Shown here: positions 9,058 to 16,403 of the stretch, piece after piece
Layout of the letters: every line of letters begins with the position of its first letter
How positions within the stretch are numbered: the stretch's first letter is position 1
NCBI GenBank assembly: GCA_030698665.1
Contig: JAUYMI010000029.1
Location: 1 to 50,301 of the forward strand
Length of the DNA: 50,301 nt
Source of the DNA: a bacterium
GTDB taxonomy: Bacteria > Patescibacteriota > Minisyncoccia > Minisyncoccales > UBA10102
Reading direction: 5' to 3'
The notes under the pieces: generated by a model
The model's database searches: none
Told to the model about the DNA's origin: nothing
What the model saw: only the letters and a program-made list of their open reading frames with translations
Translations under genes and position numbers: made by a program

Positions 9058-10028
9058 ATGAGTTCTGGATTTGGAAGCTTGAGTCCGAGGTGACGATAGG
9101 CTGATGGAGTGGCGACCCTCCCCCTCTGAGTCCTTTCTATGAGTCCTTGCTGGATGAGGAAGGGTTCGTAGACCTCAAGCACAGCCTCCTCTTCTTCAGA
9201 GCACGCAGCGGCCAGGGATTGGGCTCCTACAGGTCCTCCCCTGAATCTAGTGACGATGGTGGAGAGAATCTTGCGGTCCCCCTTCTCCAGACCGAGTTTG
9301 TCTATGCCGAGAAAGGCGAAGGCGTGTTCTGTGATCTCTGGGGTGATGATAGAGCTCCCTTTGATGGTGGCAAAGTCCCTCACGCGCTTGAGCAGGCGGT
9401 TGGCGACCCGGGGGGTGAGGCGAGAACGCTCTGCGATCTGTCTTCTTGCCACGGGATCCAGCTGAACTGCGAGGATGCCAGAGGAACGCTCCAGGATCTG
9501 CTCAATGTGCTGTAATTCATAGAAGTTGAACTGGAAGGTGGCACCAAATCGGTTGCGGAAGGGGGAGGAGAGGAGCTGGAGTTTTGTGGTTGCCCCGATC
9601 AAAGTGAAGCGGGGGAGCTGGATATCCATGGTTCGTGCCATGGGCCCTTTTCCGATTACGAGGTGCAGGGTGTAGTCCTCCATGGCCGAGTACAGCATCT
9701 CTGTGACCGATTTGTGGATGCGATGGCACTCGTCCAAGAACAGGATGCTCCCCTCCTCAAGATTAGTGAGGAGGGAGGCAATGTCTCCCACGCGTTCTAA
9801 CTGAGGCCCGGCGCATGTGGTCACTTTTGCTCCCGTTTCGTTCGCTATCACATGAGCCATTGTAGTCTTTCCGAGTCCGGAGTTGCCATAGAAGAGAAGG
9901 TGTTCTAATGGCTCGCCTCGCTTGCGGGCGGCCTTGATAATGACATCAAGGTTGCCCTTGAGTTGTTCCTGTCCGACGTATTCGCTCCAGGTTTTGGGTC
10001 GTAGGTTTGTGTCAGGGAGAGATGCCAT
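9054..10028 (-). CDS. ruvB: Holliday junction branch migration helicase RuvB
   Basis: AAA+ Walker A GNSGLGKTT, Walker B LFLDECHR, sensor motifs and a winged-helix C-terminus. Confidence 0.92.
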   Translation of the reverse strand: MASLPDTNLRPKTWSEYVGQEQLKGNLDVIIKAARKRGEPLEHLLFYGNSGLGKTTMAHVIANETGAKVTTCAGPQLERVGDIASLLTNLEEGSILFLDECHRIHKSVTEMLYSAMEDYTLHLVIGKGPMARTMDIQLPRFTLIGATTKLQLLSSPFRNRFGATFQFNFYELQHIEQILERSSGILAVQLDPVARRQIAERSRLTPRVANRLLKRVRDFATIKGSSIITPEITEHAFAFLGIDKLGLEKGDRKILSTIVTRFRGGPVGAQSLAAACSEEEEAVLEVYEPFLIQQGLIERTQRGRVATPSAYRHLGLKLPNPELI

Positions 10029-10035
10029 AGGGGCC

Positions 10036-10064
10036 TTGACAAGATTTTTCTTTCGTATTATAAT
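10036..10064 (+). promoter_or_regulatory. consensus sigma70-type promoter (TTGACA-17-TATAAT)
   Basis: TTGACA 10036-10041, a 17-nt spacer, TATAAT 10059-10064. The ATTATAAT core also reads TATAAT on the minus strand (10057-10062) toward ruvB. Confidence 0.6.
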
Positions 10065-10070
10065 TTAGAG

Positions 10071-10328
10071 GATGTGAGTGGAGAGCTTTTCTCCTACTCG
10101 CCCCCTGAGCTGGGGACCTGGAATTACTTTTCGGTAGGGTACCGCGGGTCGTGCTGCGATATTCCCCAATGTAATTCTACGATTTGGCAGCTGGTCAAAT
10201 TGGTCCCCAGCTCAGGGGGTCAAAAGCAAACTTCTTTGCTTTTGACGGGAAACCTACCTTAGTATGCCATGTGCGAAGCACGGCACAAAGGGGTTTCACA
10301 GGGACTCGCCGTAAGGCGAGTTTCTTTT
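10071..10328 (+). ncRNA. candidate structured non-coding RNA, family unassigned
   Basis: Starts ~7 nt after the consensus -10. Elements in order: a 5' hairpin (10080-10094); an 18-bp perfect helix (10101-10118 / 10202-10219) closing a three-way junction with helices 10119-10127/10171-10179 and 10181-10186/10196-10201; a 12-bp hairpin (10219-10246); and a GUAA-capped hairpin with a U-tract (10304-10328). There is no credible ORF. Confidence 0.45.
10219..10246 (+). repeat. 28-nt perfect hairpin (12-bp stem, 4-nt loop), AAAAGCAAA family
   Basis: GTCAAAAGCAAA-CTTC-TTTGCTTTTGAC. A near-identical element sits at 21400-21427. Confidence 0.6.
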
Positions 10329-10433
10329 ACAGTTACTTTTGCCCCTGAAAACTCAAGCAACTTGCCCCTGGCCATATTCTCAACTCCACGGTGCTTCGTT
10401 CCACTTAGCACATCGTTCCGCGAGAATATGCCC

Positions 10434-10461
10434 CTGAAACCACAAGCAGTTGTGGTTTCAG
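10434..10461. repeat. 28-nt perfect hairpin (12-bp stem, GCAG loop) overlapping the pilB stop codon
   Basis: CTGAAACCACAA-GCAG-TTGTGGTTTCAG. It may act as the pilB 3' end hairpin. Confidence 0.5.
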
Positions 10462-11759
10462 CCCGCGACCCGCACCACCTCTTCAAGGGTGGTGATTCCT
10501 TCCAGCGCTTTCAAGAATCCGTCCTGGCGCATGGTAACCATGCCCTGCTCAATGGCCTTTTTCCGTACGGCTGGGATTGATCCTGATGCTAGAATGAGTT
10601 CCTGCACTTCTTGCGTGACGGCGATTGCTTCAAAGATTCCCTGGCGCCCTTTATATCCCGTATCTCCACAGACCTTGCATCCCTTTGGGCGCTTGAGCGT
10701 GGTTGTAGCTGAAACCTTCTGTGCGATCTCTTTGGGAAGAGATGAGAGATCTCGCTCAATCAGAGTCAATTCCTGAGCTGTGATCTTCCCAGGTTCCCCA
10801 CAGCTTGTGCACAGAGTTCTCACCAGGCGCTGGGCTATGACGAGATTGAGGGCGGGAGCGATGTTTGCCGCGGTAGCTCCGAGGGAGATGAGGCGAGAAA
10901 TGGCTCCCGCAGCGTCATTCGTGTGCAGGGTTGAGAAAACTAGGTGTCCTGTGAGGGCGGCCTGGAGCGCGATGTCCACGGTTTCCTCGTCCCTCATCTC
11001 GCCAACGAGAATAACGTCCGGGTCTTGCCTCACGATTGCCTTGAGTCCTGAGGCAAAGTCATATCCCTTCGTCGGATTCACCTGCGTTTGAGAGATCCCC
11101 TCCAAGTGGTATTCAATAGGGTCTTCAATGGTAATAATCTTGATTTCGGGAGCAAGAATGGTTCTCAAGAAGGCGTAGAGCGTGGTGGTCTTTCCCGATC
11201 CCGTGGGTCCGGTCACGAGCACCATGCCGTTCGGGCGCTTGATCTCCGACTCAAAGAGGGCGAGCAGGTCTTTTCTCAGCCCGAGCTCGGGAAGTTTGCG
11301 CAGGCTCTTGGGGTCCAGTACGCGCATCACCAGGGACTCCCCATGTTCTGAGGGAAGGGAGGAGATTCTGACCTCAATGGGAGATGTTGCTTCGTTGATT
11401 GAGAAGCGGCCATCCTGCGGTCTGTCTGCCACGTTAAGCTTGAGACCCGAGAGGAGCTTGATGCGAGAGAGCATGGGGCGGAAGGATTCAAGAGAAAGGG
11501 TGGCCGCGTCATGAAGCATGCCGTCCACTCTGAGTCTGATCTGAACCTGTTTCTCCTCTGGTTCCACGTGAACGTCGGAGGCCTTGAGCGCTAAGGCCGA
11601 GGCCAGGAGAACGCTCACGGCGTGCGTGGTATCTTTCCCGAGAGCCCCTTCAAGCATCGGGCCCAGGTCTTTGGCCGAAACCACCTGGCCTGAAACTTCG
11701 CTGAGCAACTGGTCTGTGATCTCAATCTCTCCTGAAAGCGCGCGGTGTTCCTCGTTCAT
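10458..11759 (-). CDS. pilB: type II/IV secretion (type IV pilus assembly) ATPase, GspE/PilB family
   Basis: Walker A GPTGSGKTTTLYA, Asp box ITIEDPIE, Walker B DPDVILVGEMRD, His box TGHLVFSTLHTN, tetracysteine CTSCGEP...CKVCGDTGYKGR. The N-terminal region is short. Confidence 0.88.
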   Translation of the reverse strand: MNEEHRALSGEIEITDQLLSEVSGQVVSAKDLGPMLEGALGKDTTHAVSVLLASALALKASDVHVEPEEKQVQIRLRVDGMLHDAATLSLESFRPMLSRIKLLSGLKLNVADRPQDGRFSINEATSPIEVRISSLPSEHGESLVMRVLDPKSLRKLPELGLRKDLLALFESEIKRPNGMVLVTGPTGSGKTTTLYAFLRTILAPEIKIITIEDPIEYHLEGISQTQVNPTKGYDFASGLKAIVRQDPDVILVGEMRDEETVDIALQAALTGHLVFSTLHTNDAAGAISRLISLGATAANIAPALNLVIAQRLVRTLCTSCGEPGKITAQELTLIERDLSSLPKEIAQKVSATTTLKRPKGCKVCGDTGYKGRQGIFEAIAVTQEVQELILASGSIPAVRKKAIEQGMVTMRQDGFLKALEGITTLEEVVRVAG

Positions 11760-12517
11760 TGGAGTTGAGTGAGGATGCGCTCTTGTATCTCTTGTGGTCG
11801 CTGGTTTGGTGCCGTGAAGAGAAGCCAGCCCTTCTTTTCTTGAGAAGGGAAGGATGAGGAGATGCTTTGCTTGAGCGCCTCATCCCCAGAGCACAAGAGT
11901 CCTTTGGCTTTGCCGTTTTCCTCAAACAGGACGAGGCAGGAAGGGACTCCGAGCTCCTGAATTTCTTTGAGGGCGGAGGGTAGAATTTTGGCTGATAGAT
12001 GCTGGGTGGGGGAAGAGATGCAGAGCTTTGACTCGGTGCTGTGGCGCGAGTGAGCCAGAAGATGCGAGGCAATCTTGATACTCTCAGCTGAATCGGGGAG
12101 CTTGAGCAGGATGGACTCTAAGAGTTCCTTGGTGCCCGCCACAATATTTTTCTCGTTGTCCGACAGGCTCTTTTCCCCTACAATGATGGTGAGATGGGGA
12201 GGTTGGCTCGTATCTATAGCAAGATCCTTTGGCGAGATGTCCCCATTTTTGAGAGTGAAGTACAGCCGCACGTCTTGGCTGTCCCGCTCATAGTACACTT
12301 TTGAGATGACGCGTCCCAACCCCCTCAGCGTGACGGCAAAGTTCTTCTCGTGAAGGGGCGATTCAGGAAGCCCCGTCTGAAGGTTGAGGGGAAGCTTCAC
12401 CTGTTTGCCGAGCTTGCGCAGGGCGAGATAGAAAGCGAACGCCGCTTCTCGCCCCTCTGCACCCGGAACTTCCAGGGTAATAGCGGGAGCAGCAATGATG
12501 TGTTCAAAGTCAGCCAT
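11756..12517 (-). CDS. hypothetical protein, translationally coupled to pilB
   Basis: Long ORF with an ATG at 12515-12517 (MADFEHIIAAP...). The stop overlaps the pilB start. I recognise no family motif. Confidence 0.6.
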   Translation of the reverse strand: MADFEHIIAAPAITLEVPGAEGREAAFAFYLALRKLGKQVKLPLNLQTGLPESPLHEKNFAVTLRGLGRVISKVYYERDSQDVRLYFTLKNGDISPKDLAIDTSQPPHLTIIVGEKSLSDNEKNIVAGTKELLESILLKLPDSAESIKIASHLLAHSRHSTESKLCISSPTQHLSAKILPSALKEIQELGVPSCLVLFEENGKAKGLLCSGDEALKQSISSSFPSQEKKGWLLFTAPNQRPQEIQERILTQLQ

Positions 12518-12555
12518 ACGTGAGCCCACCATACAAAAATGGAGGGTTAAAGTCA

Positions 12556-13002
12556 ATGAAGGAGATTCGCACTAATTCACCTAAAGAGATGAAAAAGGCG
12601 GCCGCGGACATGGCGGTTGCAATAGCAAAGAAGAGGGGAAATGAGCCCCGGGTTTTTGCCTTAAAGGGCGAGTTGGGAAGTGGCAAGACAACCTTTGCTC
12701 AGGGGTTCGCAGAAGGGATCGGTGTCAAAGAGAGGGTGCTGAGTCCGACCTTTGTTGTAATGCGGGAGTTCCAAATCCCAGGGGCCAAGGGCAAGCTCTA
12801 CCACATTGACGCCTACCGACTACAAAAAGAAAAGGACCTTCTTGACTTGGGATGGAGCGATATTCTCAAGAACCCGGACAATGTCGTGCTCGTTGAATGG
12901 GCGGACAGAGTAAAGGAGATTCTCCCCCCGAATACCACGTGGCTGAGGTTTGAGAATCTCGGGGGAGAGAAGAGGTCTGTTTTGATTGCACAAGAAGCCT
13001 GA
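12556..13002 (+). CDS. tsaE: tRNA t6A37 biosynthesis ATPase TsaE
   Basis: P-loop GELGSGKTTFAQG, SPTF, YHIDAYR. A GGAGGG Shine-Dalgarno lies upstream of the ATG at 12556. Confidence 0.85.
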   Translation: MKEIRTNSPKEMKKAAADMAVAIAKKRGNEPRVFALKGELGSGKTTFAQGFAEGIGVKERVLSPTFVVMREFQIPGAKGKLYHIDAYRLQKEKDLLDLGWSDILKNPDNVVLVEWADRVKEILPPNTTWLRFENLGGEKRSVLIAQEA

Positions 13003-13037
13003 GATTTGGAGCTTGGGCAATGTGATATACTCAGAGT

Positions 13038-15227
13038 ATGGCAGAGAAAAAAACCCTCCTCATTTTAGATTCAAACTCCCTCATCCATAGGGCGTACCAT
13101 GCCCTGCCGCCGTTCCGAACTTCCGGGGGAGAGATGACCAACGCCGTGTACGGCTTTCTTTTGATACTTTTTAAAGCACTCAAGGAGTTTCCTCCCGATT
13201 ACATCGCGGCAACCTTTGACTCGCCCGGCCCCACGGAGCGCTCAAAGAAATTTGAGCAGTATAAGGCAAAGCGAGCCAAGGCGGATGATGAGCTGTATGA
13301 GCAGATGCCCAGGGTCAAGGAGATTCTTCGGGCAATGAACATTGCTGTCTACGAAAAGCAGGGCTTTGAGGCAGACGACCTCATTGGGACAATCGCAAAG
13401 GAGGCAAAGCGCAAGCAGGCAAAGCCCCCACTCAGCGTTGTCATTGTTTCAGGAGACATGGACACCCTTCAGTTAGTGGACAAGAGGACGCGCGTGTACA
13501 CGGCGAGGAAAGGAATCCAGGACACCGTGCTCTATGACGAAAAAGCAGTGAAAGAGCGCTTCTCCGGCCTCACTCCTTCCCAGATGACCGACTATAAGGG
13601 GCTGAGGGGGGATCCCTCAGACAACATTCCCGGGGTGACGGGCGTTGGCGAGAAGACCGCCACCACCCTGCTCAATGAGTTTGGCTCCTTGGAGAAACTC
13701 TATGCAGCAGCCGGGAAAGAGGATCAGCGCATCAAGCCAAAACTGAGAGAGAATCTGTTGCAATATAAAGACCAGGCGTTTTTGAGCAAGGAGCTTGGGA
13801 CGATTGACTGCTCGGTCCCCACAGACGTTTCACTAGGAGATCTTGCCTGGCCCGGATATGAGCAAGAGAAGGTGAGGGGGATCCTCCGTGAGTTAGAGAT
13901 CCATTCACTCATAGACAAGCTTCCAGTCCCAAACGGAGCTGCAGAGTCACAGGGGTTTTTTAAAGACGGGGTTGCCGAACAGGCAAAGCGTTTCTATGAC
14001 CAGGAGGTATTTTCAAAGGAAGTGTATGACCTTGAGATCGCCTTGATTCCTGTCATTTCTCGTATGGAGGAGCTGGGAGCCAAGATTGACATCCCGTACT
14101 TTGCGAAGCTGGAGAAGGAGGTTGCAAAGGAGCTTAAGGGAGTGGAGAAGCGCATCTTTGCCATGGGAGGCCGTGAGTTCAACGTGAGCTCACCTCAGCA
14201 GGTTGCCGAGGTGCTGTTCACCGATCTTGAGATATCAGCCAAGCGCATTAAAAAGACCCCGGGAGGGGCCTTATCCACGGCTTCAACCGAGTTAGAAAAG
14301 ATTGCACCTGACCACCCAATCGTGGAGGAGATTCTCTGGCATCGTGAGATTCAAAAGCTCTACTCCACCTACATCCTACCTTTGCCAGAGAAGGCAGATG
14401 GCAATGGAAGAGTGCATACTCATTTTGACCAGCTGGGAACGGCCACGGGCCGCATCTCTTCTTCCGATCCGAATCTTCAGAACATTCCCGTGCAGACCGA
14501 GTGGGGCAAGAGGATTCGGAGAGGATTTATCGCAGAGCGGGGCTACCGCCTTGTCTCTTTTGACTACTCCCAGATGGAGCTGAGGATCGCAGCCCACGTG
14601 GCGCAGGATACAAAGATGCTGGAGTTCTTTGCCAAGGGAGCGGACATCCATACAATGACGGCTTCTGAGGTTTTCCAGATTCCGCCCGAGAAAATCACGA
14701 AAGACATGAGGTTCCGGGCAAAGGCGCTCAACTTTGGCGTGCTCTACGGCATGGGAGCTCGGGGATTCGCTCATTCAGCCAAGATCCCCATGCAGGAGGC
14801 CCAGGACTTCATTGACGACTACTTCCTGCGCTTCCCCGGTATCCAGAGATATATTGAGAAGATGAAAGCAAAGGTGGAAAAGGACGGGTACACGGAGACC
14901 CTATTGGGGAGAAGGCGCTACCTTCCAGACATTCACTCCTCAGCTCCCCAGCTGAGGGCGGCAGCCGAGCGCATGGCAGTGAACCATCCGCTCCAGGGAA
15001 CGGCAGCTGACGTTACCAAGACGGCCATGGTTGACATAGCCCGTACGATGCCCTCAGAGCGCATGCTTCTTCAGATTCACGACGAGCTCCTTTTTGAGAT
15101 TCCCGCAAAAGAAGTGGAGGCAAAGAGCGCTGCTATACAAAAGATCATGGAGAAAGACCCTCTGGGTATTAAGCTGGTGGTTGAGGCAAAGGCCGGGAAG
15201 AACTGGATTGACATGGAAAAACTATGA
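13038..15227 (+). CDS. polA: DNA polymerase I (5' nuclease + polymerase domains, no 3'-5' exonuclease-like domain)
   Basis: 5' nuclease motifs (LILDSNSLIHRAYHALP, H3TH GIPGVTGVGEKTA) and pol motifs A (LVSFDYSQMELRIAAH), B (RFRAKALNFGVLYGMG) and C (LQIHDELLFE). Only ~45 aa separate the nuclease from the start of the pol domain. Confidence 0.92.
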   Translation: MAEKKTLLILDSNSLIHRAYHALPPFRTSGGEMTNAVYGFLLILFKALKEFPPDYIAATFDSPGPTERSKKFEQYKAKRAKADDELYEQMPRVKEILRAMNIAVYEKQGFEADDLIGTIAKEAKRKQAKPPLSVVIVSGDMDTLQLVDKRTRVYTARKGIQDTVLYDEKAVKERFSGLTPSQMTDYKGLRGDPSDNIPGVTGVGEKTATTLLNEFGSLEKLYAAAGKEDQRIKPKLRENLLQYKDQAFLSKELGTIDCSVPTDVSLGDLAWPGYEQEKVRGILRELEIHSLIDKLPVPNGAAESQGFFKDGVAEQAKRFYDQEVFSKEVYDLEIALIPVISRMEELGAKIDIPYFAKLEKEVAKELKGVEKRIFAMGGREFNVSSPQQVAEVLFTDLEISAKRIKKTPGGALSTASTELEKIAPDHPIVEEILWHREIQKLYSTYILPLPEKADGNGRVHTHFDQLGTATGRISSSDPNLQNIPVQTEWGKRIRRGFIAERGYRLVSFDYSQMELRIAAHVAQDTKMLEFFAKGADIHTMTASEVFQIPPEKITKDMRFRAKALNFGVLYGMGARGFAHSAKIPMQEAQDFIDDYFLRFPGIQRYIEKMKAKVEKDGYTETLLGRRRYLPDIHSSAPQLRAAAERMAVNHPLQGTAADVTKTAMVDIARTMPSERMLLQIHDELLFEIPAKEVEAKSAAIQKIMEKDPLGIKLVVEAKAGKNWIDMEKL

Positions 15228-16147
15228 CTCTTGTTCTCCTGCATGGAGAGGATACCTACCGCTCCGCAAAGAAGCTGACTGAGATAGTTGGGCAGTATCA
15301 AGCAAAGCACGCAAGCTTGCTCAATCTCAGGGAGCTTGAGGCCTCCGACATTCGCATAGAGGACATCAAGCTAGAGCTCTCCTCGGTTTCTATGTTCAAA
15401 GAGACCAAGCTTCTTGTTATCCATAATCCCTTTGAGATTCCTGAGTTTGTAAAGGAAGTTGTTGAAAACAAGGAAGTTTTTTTGACGAACGAGGTCATTG
15501 TCTTTTTGCAAGAAGGCAAGGCGAAGGCGGCCAGCCCCTTATTCAAGTTTCTTTTCAAGGAAGGCAGGGTTCAGGAGTTTTCTCAGCTCATGGGGGCTAA
15601 GCTTGCCTCGTGGATTAACCAGGAATCAGAGAAGTATGGCGTGAAGCTCCCAGACTCTGTGGTATCCCGTTTGCGCTTGCAGGTCGGGGGAGACCTGTGG
15701 CGCATGAGCAATGAGATTCAAAAACTCGCATTGTGGAGTAAGGCCGGTGAGGAAAAGCTTGATCAAGAAGCCCTGGACGCTCTCTTGGGGAGAAACATTG
15801 AAACAGAGATATTCCTTACTCTTGAGGCCGCCGCCCAGCTGAAGCGCGGCGAGGCCATGCGTCTTTTGCACGAGCACCTGGTTTCGGGTGAGTCTCCCTT
15901 GTATCTGCTCAGCATGGTTATCTACCAGTTCCGCACCATGCTGGAGGTGCAGGATCTCCAGGAACGAGGAATGGCGTACAACGGAATCCACCCTTTTGTT
16001 GTTCGAAAGACGCTCCCTTTGCTGAGGAAGTTTTCACCAGAGAAACTTAAAAGAGCCTACGTGCGGCTCTATGAGATTGACCTGAGATCCAAGACCGGAG
16101 AAGGAGACGCAGAAGCCCTCCTCACCCACTTTATAGCGACGGTCTAG
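15224..16147 (+). CDS. holA: DNA polymerase III delta subunit
   Basis: 307 aa with ATGA overlap to polA. N-terminus LVLLHGEDTYRS and a helical C-terminal domain typical of HolA. Confidence 0.75.
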   Translation: MTLVLLHGEDTYRSAKKLTEIVGQYQAKHASLLNLRELEASDIRIEDIKLELSSVSMFKETKLLVIHNPFEIPEFVKEVVENKEVFLTNEVIVFLQEGKAKAASPLFKFLFKEGRVQEFSQLMGAKLASWINQESEKYGVKLPDSVVSRLRLQVGGDLWRMSNEIQKLALWSKAGEEKLDQEALDALLGRNIETEIFLTLEAAAQLKRGEAMRLLHEHLVSGESPLYLLSMVIYQFRTMLEVQDLQERGMAYNGIHPFVVRKTLPLLRKFSPEKLKRAYVRLYEIDLRSKTGEGDAEALLTHFIATV

Positions 16148-16400
16148 GGGAGGCGAGGCGGCTGGCCCGAGACTTCTTTCTGGCTCCCGTGTTCTTTTTG
16201 AGCACCTTTGCCTTGACCGCCTTGTCAATTGCTTTTGTAAGTTGGGGGAGCATTGCCTTTGCCTCCTCAAGCTTCTGGGTGGTGAGCAAACGCTGGAACT
16301 TCTTTTGGATGTCCTTAACCGCGTTCTTGCGCTTGAGGTTTCTTGCCTTGCGCTTTATTGATTGTCGCTGCGCCTTTGTGGCTGATTTTGTAATTGGCAT
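16131..16400 (-). CDS. rpsT: 30S ribosomal protein S20
   Basis: MPITKSATKAQRQSIKRKARNLKRKNAVK, basic, 89 aa. Confidence 0.9.
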   Translation of the reverse strand: MPITKSATKAQRQSIKRKARNLKRKNAVKDIQKKFQRLLTTQKLEEAKAMLPQLTKAIDKAVKAKVLKKNTGARKKSRASRLASPRPSL

Positions 16401-16403
16401 ATC

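Noticed and set aside
10100-10220. MITE / transposon terminal inverted repeats (18-19 bp arms, 83-nt spacer)
   Set aside because: There is no target-site duplication, only a single copy in the window, and no transposase. The internal sequence folds into nested helices typical of an RNA.
10074-10262. 62-aa ORF in the ruvB-pilB spacer
   Set aside because: It has a non-ATG start and no SD. It runs straight through an 18-bp perfect inverted repeat and several hairpins, so an RNA interpretation fits better.
10071-10328. Identity of the structured RNA as RNase P RNA, 6S, SRP RNA or a T-box
   Set aside because: There is no GGAAAGUCC / ACAGAA..CGGCUUA P4 signature, and no GGAA-capped SRP domain IV with AGCAGC. 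The 5' and 3' ends do not pair as in 6S. AGGGTACCGCGGG only superficially resembles the T-box sequence (it lacks UGGN), and there is no downstream gene on this strand.
10339-10452. Direct repeat TGCCCCTGAAA.. (two full copies plus one partial) as a mini CRISPR array
   Set aside because: There are only 2-3 short imperfect copies with irregular spacing, and there are no cas genes.
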